A stretch of DNA of 63,710 nt, filler included, from Basidiobolus meristosporus CBS 931.73 (Eukaryota > Fungi > Basidiobolomycota): assembly GCA_002104905.1 (NCBI GenBank). It is 3 parts of 3 records of this genome, joined end to end, with 100 filler letters (N's around TTAATTAATTAA, not from the genome) between each part and the next. Parts side by side here need not be neighbours in the genome. Positions count along the whole stretch, not along the records: positions 1 to 26,761 come from MCFE01000912.1; positions 26,862 to 47,539 come from MCFE01000999.1; 1 more part is not named here. The stretch is one strand, 5' to 3'. Below, piece by piece: positions 22,295 through 31,105 of the stretch. The position numbers and the translations under genes are program-made. Each line of letters starts with the position of its first letter. Position 1 is the first letter of the stretch. The notes beneath the pieces are model-generated. The model saw only the letters and a program-made list of their open reading frames with translations. It did not search any database and had not been told where the DNA came from.

Positions 22295-22826
22295 TTAGGG
22301 GTTAGGGGGGGAGGAAAGTCACCAAGTGGTGAAATCTTTATTTACTTATGACAAGTATCTAAAGAAGCCAAGTTAATCTGAAGTAATTCCTAGGAAGCTA
22401 GGTCTGAGAGGTATCTTCCTGGTAAGCCAGGTCTGAGAGTTGAGAAGCTGAGTGGTACTGTATTTCCTAGTAAGCTAGGTCTGAGAGAGGTTTCCTGGAA
22501 AGCCAGGCATGAGAATTGAGAATCTGAGTATATCTGAGGTGAAGTGTACTGATTTGCGGTAGCTGATTTGTGGCCGGAATGGCCAGTAGACTGGGGGAAC
22601 TGAGGGAAATATCTGGGTGATCACTGGCCAAATTTACTAGGCAAATCTGACCAATTAGCATTTCAAGGATTTCAGCCAATCAGAGCCTTTACTTTGCCCG
22701 ATGGTTGATCAAGCCATCTCCCAATGAGCACACATCAATTTATTGATCAAATTTTGTTGGATCCAGGATTTGAACCCACAACCATGGGTATGGAAGGGTT
22801 AGGGATAACCACAAGGCTGTGTTCTT
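22295..22826 (-). mobile_element. SINE-like non-coding module C, copy 1
   Basis: Aligns along its length with 24958-25489. A-box-like at 22809-22819, B-box GGTTCAAATCC at 22766-22776, shared 3' motif. Confidence 0.75.
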
Positions 22827-22892
22827 GGTTAGGGGGGGAGACAGTCACCAACAGGTGAAATCTTTATTTCAGTTGAAACAAAGAAGCCAGCG

Positions 22893-24677
22893 CTACTGTT
22901 GTAGCTTTGATACAAGAGTGGGTAGCTGAGGGGAATTTGTAGGTAAGTTAATAAGAAGTGATGATAGTTCTTCAGTGCTCAAGACACTGTTCAGTGGGAA
23001 GGGGGGTAGCAAGAGAGGTAAGAATGGCTTGTGAACAACATTAATGAGGGGAATGTGATAAGGATTGATGTTCATCATAAAGGGAGTGTGCTGCTGCAGA
23101 TATTGCTGCCAAAGGTCTGTCAAGTACTTCAGGTAGGCCAGCTTGGGTTTTTCTGACTGCAGAATGTAGTGAGCAAACTTCTTGACTTCAGGATCTCCAA
23201 GTATAGTTCTCCAGCAGGAGCCAGGTGTTGTGTGGTGTGTTCTCTTCCAGGCCTTAATCAGTGGGTTGTTGCAGTTGTGAAGTCTGAGGTATAATCTGGT
23301 TCTAAGGTGGAGAAGTCTGATCTTATAGGGCATAAACCCAAAAGCACCAAGAATAGCATGTCTGTAGGGGCATTCAGGCAAATGAGGCACCAAGGAGGTA
23401 ATGCACCATACTGCAAACTTGTCAAGCTTAGTGCAGTCTCTAGAAGTAAGAGAGAGAAGTGGTAAGCCAAATTCCAGGACAGGGAAGACAAACTGCTTGA
23501 GTAGAAGGAGGCAGCTGGGAGCTGAAGTTGTAGGAGGAGTAACAGCCAGTAGCTTGTGGAGTGCCTGTCTTGCTAGGATAATTCTCTTCTTCAGGTGTGC
23601 TCCAGAGTCTAGTCCAGTAGGAAGGAAAGGAAAGCCAAGATATGTAGCAGAAACCTGAGCAGGTAGAGTGAAGTTCTCCAAGCGGATGGGAGAGCCCAAA
23701 GGTACTGTCTTTGCAATGGAAAGCTGGAGATTATTCTTCTGCAGATACTGGTGGATGGTCTGGGAGTCTTGTTGCACATTGGAGGAGGATATTCTGATGT
23801 CAGCAGCAAAGAGAGTAACCAGGCAGTCAGCTGAGAGTCTTGGGAAATCATTCAGGAAGATGGCAAACAGTATAGGACCAAGCACAGAGCCTTGAGCCAC
23901 TCCATTAGGAACTGAGAACACTGGTGATTGCTCACTTGGGTGCAGAATTCTTGCTTGTGGATCCAGAAACAGAGACCTGACAAGGAGGGTGGGAGAGGTA
24001 CTGGAGAAGCATTGCAACTTGGACCAAAGCAGATTTCTGTCAACTGAATCAAAGGCCTTAGTAATATCAAACAGAACTGAGAGATACTTGCACTGGAGAG
24101 AGTGATCTTGGCTAAGTATGACTGCATATTCCAAGGAGAGGCCAGGAACAAAGCCAAACTGTGCAGGATGAAACTTGAGGGAGTCAGAGTAGAGCTCCTG
24201 AGCAAGCAGAAGCTCAAACACCTTTCTGCAGGTGGGCAGCAGAGATATTGGCCTGTAGGAGCTAGGATCCAGGTGCTTTCCTTTACCCTTGTACAGTGGC
24301 AGAACATTTACAAAGGACCATTCCTCAGGAGTAGAAAGCTGGGCTGAGCATTGCTGAAACAGTGGAAGCAGAAGTGCAGACATGGCCTTGGTACTAGTCT
24401 TCAGAAGCTCATAAGAGATTGTGTCCACACCTGGAGCAGTAGAGTTGGGAAGCCTCTTGAGCACATTATGGATTCTCCTTTGATCAAGTGCAAGTGGGAT
24501 GGGCAGAGTCTTGAAGTCAGGATGAAAGCCATGAGTTGAGTACTGCTTTGTAGAGAAGAAGATGTTAGCCAGCTGTTCTGTTGAAGGTAACTTCCTGGAA
24601 GAGGGCCTCATTGCCCTGTAGAGTCTTGATACTGTTCTCGTTATAGAGTTGGAAGATTGCAGAGGCAAAGAACTCAT
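22893..24677 (-). CDS. Non-LTR (LINE-type) reverse transcriptase, 594 aa, no endonuclease visible, catalytic FADD reads FAAD
   Basis: APGVD, YRPISLL, QFGF, DITKAFDSV, GVAQGSVLGP, FAAD, YLG motifs. Stop lies immediately before the shared 3' motif. Module spans 22827-24835. Confidence 0.92.
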   Translation of the reverse strand: MSSLPLQSSNSITRTVSRLYRAMRPSSRKLPSTEQLANIFFSTKQYSTHGFHPDFKTLPIPLALDQRRIHNVLKRLPNSTAPGVDTISYELLKTSTKAMSALLLPLFQQCSAQLSTPEEWSFVNVLPLYKGKGKHLDPSSYRPISLLPTCRKVFELLLAQELYSDSLKFHPAQFGFVPGLSLEYAVILSQDHSLQCKYLSVLFDITKAFDSVDRNLLWSKLQCFSSTSPTLLVRSLFLDPQARILHPSEQSPVFSVPNGVAQGSVLGPILFAIFLNDFPRLSADCLVTLFAADIRISSSNVQQDSQTIHQYLQKNNLQLSIAKTVPLGSPIRLENFTLPAQVSATYLGFPFLPTGLDSGAHLKKRIILARQALHKLLAVTPPTTSAPSCLLLLKQFVFPVLEFGLPLLSLTSRDCTKLDKFAVWCITSLVPHLPECPYRHAILGAFGFMPYKIRLLHLRTRLYLRLHNCNNPLIKAWKRTHHTTPGSCWRTILGDPEVKKFAHYILQSEKPKLAYLKYLTDLWQQYLQQHTPFMMNINPYHIPLINVVHKPFLPLLLPPFPLNSVLSTEELSSLLINLPTNSPQLPTLVSKLQQ

Positions 24678-24835
24678 AATATGATCCCAGAGCTGAGTAT
24701 GCAGAGTGTGGTGAATTGCCTTGGAGTGGTGTATGGCTGTCAGGAGGAGTTTCTCTGTTTTTGGGTTAGGGAAACTCAGGTAGCTTTGTTGCAGGGCTGA
24801 AACAATAGATTCTCATTTTCTTGAGGTAACAGCAG

Positions 24836-24957
24836 TTAGGGTGTTAGGGGGGAGGGAAAGTCACCAAGTTGGTGAAATCCTTATTTGAGTTAAGAACTAA
24901 TCTAGGTACAAATAAAGAAGCCAATTAAGAGGTCTAGAACCTCTCTAATAAGTAATC
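24836..24957 (-). mobile_element. Short module D (3' fragment of another array member)
   Basis: TTAGGG-TG-TTAGGGGGG seed, TCACCAA-G-TTGGTGA hairpin, AAAGAAGCCA motif, capped by TTAGGGTTAGGG at 24958. Confidence 0.75.
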
Positions 24958-25489
24958 TTAGGGTTAGGGGGGAGGAAAGTCACCAAGTGGTGAAATCTTT
25001 ATTTACTTATGACAAGTATCTAAAGAAGCCAAGTTAATCTTAAGTAATTCCTAGAAAGCTAGGTCTGAGAGATATCTTCCTGGTAAGCCAGGTCTGAGAG
25101 TTGAGAAGCTGTGTGGTACTACATTTCCTAGTTAGCTAGGTCTGAGAGAGGTTTCCTGGAAAGCCAGGCCTGAGAAGTGAGAATCTGAATATATCTGAGC
25201 TAAGTTATACTGGTTTGTGGTAGCTGAATTGTGGCCGGAATGGCCAGTAGACTGGGGGAACTACGATGAATTTCTGGGCAATCACTGGCCAAATTTACTA
25301 GGCAAATCTGGCCAATCAGCATTTCAAGGATTTCAGCCAATCAGAGCCTTTACTTTGCCCGATGGTTGATCAAGCCATCTCCCAATGAGCACACACCAAT
25401 TTATTAATCAAATTTTGCTGGATCCAGGATTTGAACCCACAACCATGGGTATGGAAGGGTTAGGGATAACCACAAGGCTAAGTGTTCTT
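24958..25489 (-). mobile_element. SINE-like non-coding module C, copy 2
   Basis: A-box-like TAGCCTTGTGG (25470-25480), B-box GGTTCAAATCC (25427-25437), four 5-bp hairpins, shared 3' motif, same 5' end as copy 1. Confidence 0.75.
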
Positions 25490-25587
25490 GGTTAGGGGGG
25501 GATGATCATCACCAAAGGGTGAAATCTTTATTTAAATAATAAATAAAGAAGCCAAGTTTGCATATGAATATCTGAGATGGAGGAAGC

Positions 25588-26388
25588 CTACAAGATAAAC
25601 TTGGACTTTGCTGTATCCCAAATATCCTCAATATCAAAGTCTAGAGGAGAGTGTAGCAAGACTGCTTGTTCACTGTAGTATTTCTTGAGGAAGTTTGTGA
25701 CTTGAAGGGAAGGAGAGTTTTTCAACAAGCTGGTAAATCTTTTCAGGAGTTCTTTTTCCAGAGAGAATGGCACAAAGAGTGGAATGTCCAAATGATGTCT
25801 GAATATATGCTCTGAGAGCTCCCAATCCAGCATATTTTTGACTTCTTCTGTAAAATCTTCAACAATATCTTTGTCAAGAATAACTTCCAAGAGATCCCTG
25901 GCAATGTACTGAATGTTAATAATCTTGGGCATATGAATACCTAGGTCCTTGAGGTAGTTTCTTTGTTCTGATATTGGGAGATATCCAGCATTTCTGAAAT
26001 AGCAAACTGCCCAGTTGGCAGTAGGAGGAGTATCAGGGCTGACAGGGAATCTTCTTCTGGCTTTAGAGTGGGCTGGCTTAGGAGACTGTCTTGATGGAAG
26101 GGCAGCTGGTTTTGGATGAGCTTGAAGTGCTTGGGAGTAGGTCTGAGTACAAGTAGTAGAAGTTCCTGGTTGCTGAGAATTTTCAGATTGACTGGATGAA
26201 GAGCTAATTGAGGGGTTGCAAGGTAAGGAAGAAGCTGAAAGAGAAGTGGAGAGGGCTGGGTGGAGTTCAGAAAGAGTTTTGAAAAGAATTTGGATCTGAG
26301 ATTTCAACATTGAGTTTTCAGCTTCAAGAAGAGAAACTCTTTGTTCAAGGTAAGAAGTCTGTAAAGAGTGAAAGTTAGGTAAAGACAT
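25588..26388 (-). CDS. ORF1/gag-like protein of a non-LTR element, 266 aa, on its own module (25490-26563)
   Basis: N-terminal coiled coil (LEQRVSLLEAENSMLKSQIQIL), S/P-rich linker with TYSQAL, alpha/beta RRM-like region (YFRNAGYLPISEQRNYLKDLGI...IINIQYI...LEVIL). TATAAA at 26488-26493 and own copy of the 3' motif. ORF1 identity is inferred from architecture and context. Confidence 0.75.
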   Translation of the reverse strand: MSLPNFHSLQTSYLEQRVSLLEAENSMLKSQIQILFKTLSELHPALSTSLSASSLPCNPSISSSSSQSENSQQPGTSTTCTQTYSQALQAHPKPAALPSRQSPKPAHSKARRRFPVSPDTPPTANWAVCYFRNAGYLPISEQRNYLKDLGIHMPKIINIQYIARDLLEVILDKDIVEDFTEEVKNMLDWELSEHIFRHHLDIPLFVPFSLEKELLKRFTSLLKNSPSLQVTNFLKKYYSEQAVLLHSPLDFDIEDIWDTAKSKFIL

Positions 26389-26561
26389 GGAAGTAGTAAG
26401 TAAGAAAAAAGGAGTAGTTGGGGTGGGAGGGTGGGAAAATAGGTAAGAAGAAAAGAGAGGAAAGATCTGAAATTGAAAATCTCAGAATTTATAGATGGAT
26501 GGACAAGGGTAGAGGATTGATTAATCCAGGGCTAGGGAAAAATAGGTAAGAAGAAAAGAGA

Positions 26562-26761
26562 GGGTTAGGGTTAGGGTTAGGGTTAGGGTTAGGGTTAGGT
26601 TAGGTTAGGGTTAGGGTTAGGGTTAGGGTTAGGGTTAGGGTTAGGGTTAGGGTTAGGGTTAGGGTTAGGGTTAGGTTAGGGTTAGGGTTAGGGTTAGGGT
26701 TAGGGTTAGGGTTAGGGTTAGGGTTAGGGTTAGGGTTAGGGTTAGGGTTAGGGTTAGGGTT
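26562..26761 (+). repeat. Telomere (TTAGGG)n, ~33 units with three TTAGG variants
   Basis: G-rich strand runs 5'-3' to the contig end. Confidence 0.98.
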
Positions 26762-26861
26762 NNNNNNNNNNNNNNNNNNNNNNNNNNNNNNNNNNNNNNN
26801 NNNNNTTAATTAATTAANNNNNNNNNNNNNNNNNNNNNNNNNNNNNNNNNNNNNNNNNNNN
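26762..26861. other. Artificial contig linker N44-TTAATTAATTAA-N44
   Basis: Exactly 100 nt, six-frame-stop 12-mer, identical to the linker at 47540-47639. Confidence 0.97.
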
Positions 26862-27381
26862 TCCAGATCAGGTATAAATGACAAAACCTCAACTTGGCTT
26901 AGAATAGAGCACTATATTTCTTAGCTCATGTAGGGTCTACATAATAATAGTAACTGTCCCTGCACATAATATGGACACACAGTGAAGTTGTCTAAATGAA
27001 TAAGACTGTTGTCTGGAAATAAGGAAACTCCAGATCTGTCACGAATGACAAAACCCTGGCTTGCCAAAAGTTGGTCAATTTTGCTCAAATATCAAGCATT
27101 GGATAGCCCAGAGGCCATATTACAATATTTCAATCTGAGAATCAGGCTCAACTCATTATTCAAGTACGTGCAACTGATCCATATCAGTGATTGGTCATTT
27201 GAACAGATTGTTTCAATTTTTAGGCATGCTAATAAGTGGGTATGCACCTTGAGTTGTAGGTTACTTCTCAATTAAGTTGTGCACAAATGCATCTACCATT
27301 GGATATTTTATTACTCCAGTTTGCAACAAAATAGAATATATTCACTTTGATACAGATGGCATACTCTCTATCTGTATTTAT

Positions 27382-27735
27382 TATTGTGCAAATAGATGAT
27401 TCCACCTGCATATTCTCCTAGCTTAGTCACTTAGATCACTACCTACTAATTGTAGAGAATACTGACAAGATTCCTGGTTAGGATTTACTTGAAATATTTT
27501 CATCAAAGTGTCATGACCTAGAACATGAAAAATCATAAAGTTGACCAAGCAGCCCCAAACTTTGAACACATGTCTTGGACCTTTCTAGCCTATTCTATAA
27601 GTCTGCTGTACCAAAACCACATAAAAGTACAAACACTACCTATTCTACATGTTTGTTATGCCAAGACCATTTTAAAGTATAAGCACTATTGTTGCATTCA
27701 ATAATTCATTAAGTGTAAACCACAAAATCTACTTT
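27382..27735 (+). mobile_element. Degenerate LTR of copia family B
   Basis: Homology to 48092-48440 (cttagtcacttagatc...agagaatactgac...gatttactt). Bounds approximate. Confidence 0.6.
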
Positions 27736-27739
27736 TGCT

Positions 27740-30700
27740 ATATATATAGATAGGCTAAATATATAACTAGTTGATTTGACTAAAAACTGATCCAACTTAA
27801 GCATTCAAGTGGTAGATTATAATATTCTCCCCACTAAAGTTGAGAGGGTTCTCCTGAATCTCTTTTCTTGAGATGCCAATATCTTGATGGTTCAGTATTA
27901 TCAGCAGGTTTTGCAAGCTTGAGTCTGTCCTTATACACTAAGTCTTCCTGGATATTGCCTTGTTTGTCCAATAGTTGGTAAGTTGCAAATGGACATTCTC
28001 TGATGATCTTGAATGGTCCTGTCCATTGTGGCTCAACCTTCTTCCAAGTGTTGTTACTTAGCAGTACAAAGTTCCCAACTGTCAATGCTTCTGGTGCTAC
28101 AGTCGTATCAAATCTCTGCTTCAACTTTTCTGCGCTTTGAGATACTTTGGTCTGTGCCTCTTAACATCTTTGTTCCAGCTGCTGGTGTCTACTTGACTGA
28201 CTGAGTTCATCATCTAAGGCATCTGTAAGCTTTGGTTGTGTGAGATCTCCTGGAATCCTTGGTTCACATCCATACACTAAGTAAAATGGCAATTGTTGGG
28301 TGGTGTTGTGTAATCTAACTCTGTATACAAAGAGTGATTGGTCTATATACTCATCCCATTTACTGACAGCTCCATTTGCATACTTGGTCAGCATTTTTCC
28401 AAATGATCCATTAAACTGCTCAGTGACTCCATTAGTTTGAGGGTGATATGCCATGGTTTTCAAGTGTCTGATGTGCTACATTTCCAAGTAAGCTTCTAAT
28501 GTCTTTGCCGTAAAGTTTGCTCCTCTACTGGATAGAATCTCTACAGGGCATCCAAGCTTCACAAGGATCTCATGGTATATGAAACTTGCAACTTCTTGCT
28601 CACTGGCTACAGGTACAGCTTTAGCAACTGTCCATTTGGTGGCCTGGTCAATTGCTACTAGTATCCAACAGTTGCATTTCCTGGTAGTTGGCAGTCTTCC
28701 AATAAAGTCAATTCCCCATCTTTCAAATGGTCTTACAGGCTCCAAGGGAAAAAGTTCAGCAATTCTCTGTGGTTGGCCTTGGTTGATTTGGCAATTTGGG
28801 CATGTTTTCACTGGCTTCTCAATGTCTTGTTTCAGTCTGGGCCACCATGCTCTGGCTTTCACAGGGCTATAGGTTCCTTCAGTTCCAATATGTCCATATT
28901 CATTGTGTTGCTTATGTATTATATCCAGGCAAGAAACATAAGGGCAATAGGCAATATGGCTTCTGTCAACATTCTGGTTGAGTGTTTCATCCTGTACTAC
29001 AAGTTTGCTGGCTTCATCCCAGATTCTCTTCTTGATATCTTCATCCACCTCATTAGGAATGGCTTGGTTCTCCTCATTCTGTAAGGTGTCTTACACACTG
29101 GAGGGCTATCTCCTGTTTCAATGGCATGATCCATGTCTCTGACTGGTGGTAGGCTTACAAGTTCATCTGGAAATATGTCTGAATATTCCTTCAAAAGAGT
29201 TTGGACTCTCTGGGGTGGTGGAGTAGAGGAATCCTCCTGTAATACTGCTATGAGGAGCATCTGGGTGCCTTACAAGTGCTCTACAAAACTGTGTCTTGCG
29301 CAGTTCACTTGTTTCACACACACTGGAACTGACCAAGTTAAGATCCAGTCTGGCGGGTAATAGCTCCTAGGTATTGTTGTCCTTCTGGATCTGAGTGGCA
29401 TGGGTTCTCCAGTTGATTGATGGTTTACAACAAAATAGCCAGGTTTTTCCAAGTACAAGGTCAAACTTGCAGTTCCCAAATATATAGGCCTGTAGATCTT
29501 GTTCATAGTCATTGATGTTCATACTTACTGGCTGAGTAATACAGTTGACCATGTGGGAGTTCTCATCAGCTGTTGAGACTGAAGTTGATGTGGTGGGTTC
29601 CAAGTTGATTCCAGCTTTCAAAGCAAATTTCTCTGACTTGTACTCATGTGATGCTCCTGAGTCACTCATGATCTTGGCAGGTACTCCATTAATTACTCCA
29701 TTCAAGTATAATAGCTTTCCTGAGTCTGAGGTCATTTGGGATAGGTATTCTTCTGTCATATGGAAGGTCAGTTCTAGTCTTCTTCAAGTTCATTCTCCAT
29801 GTTACTATGCTCCAGGGCTTCAATATGGTTAAAGGTTCTTAATAGCTGATGGCCATTTCTTCTCTGAGGGCAGTACTTTGCAATATGTCCCTGCTGATGG
29901 CAATTGAAGCAAAGTCCTTTCTGCTTACATTCTTCTGAGGTAGGATTCTTCTGCATAGCAGCTATTTTCATTGGCACTGCTTCTAATTGTCGTTTTTCAT
30001 AGTGATTGTAGCCTCTCTGATTAGTCATTGTGGGCTTCCCAACTCCAAACATAGCTGAGTCATAGTCAATAGCAATCTAGATGGCTTCTTCAATAGTCTG
30101 AGGTCTTCAATGATTCACTTCCTTACAAGTTCTTTCTTTCAATTCATCAATGAAGTATTCAACTTGATCCAGAGGGTCCATTCTTTCAATTTGTCCAAGT
30201 AGACATCTATATTCATGATGTACTCTTGGACCATTCCTTTCTGTCTGGGTGTCTTCAACTTTCTTCTTAGTAGTGTCTGTTGGTGTGGGGGTTCAAAGGC
30301 ATCCTGAATTTCCAACACAAACTCATCCCAGGTAGAGATTGTATAGCATCCCATCATAGTGGCTGACCTGATCTTGTTGTGGTACCACTGTAAAGCTGCA
30401 TCTGCCAGGTAAGAGGCTGCCTGAGGTAACTTGCTTTCTGGAGCAACTGCCTTAGCATTGAAAGCTTCTCCAATCTGGAAGAGCCAAGTTCCCAGATTTT
30501 CATTGACTCTACCATGGTACCAGTTGACTTTCACACTAAAGTTGCCCTTAACAGGGTTTTACTGGTGTTGGGCCATGGTAGTCATTTCTTGTTGCTGCTG
30601 GCTACGGATCTGGAGTAACTGTTGCTGCTGGGCCAGGATTTACTGCATAGCATACTTCCATTCTTGTTTTTTGGACATCTTGAGGGAGGCATCTTCTTTC

Positions 30701-31105
30701 TTCAGGAGGGAGGTTTCTGGTTATTGCTGCTACCAATATTACAAGTCCTGGTATAAGAGTTGTAGTGGAGCAAGGAGTTTAGCTAGTATTGTATTCACTA
30801 AAACTTGAACTGATTTTTATTGAGGTTCCTGCAGTTCCTTACATAAATTTTACCAGATCAATCACTGACTAATTATATTTTGAAATGTAGGCTGTGGCTG
30901 ATGACTCATTTGATTGTATTTTCATCACCCAATAAGATCCTACATAATATATTGGTTTCTGTCTGACAAGGATCTGCTGATTCATTTACTGACTACTGCT
31001 ACTGATTTGATAGATAATACTGATATACTGATAACCTAAACATATAACTAGCTGATTTGACTAAAAACTGATCTAACTTAAACATTCAAGCGGTAGATCA
31101 TAACA
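27740..31105 (-). mobile_element. Ty3/gypsy retrotransposon, decayed, RT/RNaseH deleted
   Basis: 5' LTR 30737-31105 (TGTTATG...), PBS TGGTAGCAG (30727-30735), gag 30139-30534, zinc knuckle CFNCHQQGHIAKYC, protease DSGA, integrase fragments 27834-29048, PPT GGGGAGAA, partial 3' LTR from 27824 leftwards. Confidence 0.9.

Noticed and set aside
22893-24677. Penelope-like (Athena/Coprina) or telomerase RT
   Set aside because: Motifs APGxD, YRPISLL, QFGF, DxxKAFDSV and GVxQGSxLGP are LINE-type.
25048-25170. Hammerhead ribozyme in module C (CTGAGAG next to hairpins), by analogy with Terminons/PLEs
   Set aside because: Core needs CUGANGA and a correctly placed GAAA. CTGAGAG does not fit and it is on the antisense strand.
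22051-25560. CRISPR-like array of hairpin repeats
   Set aside because: Intervening sequences range from ~30 nt to 2 kb and include genes, there are no cas genes, and the context is eukaryotic.
26806-26817. TTAATTAATTAA as a biological palindrome
   Set aside because: N-flanked six-frame-stop spacer, repeated identically at 47584-47595.
26562-26900. Interstitial telomere or chromosome fusion
   Set aside because: The tract ends at an artificial linker, so it is a contig end.
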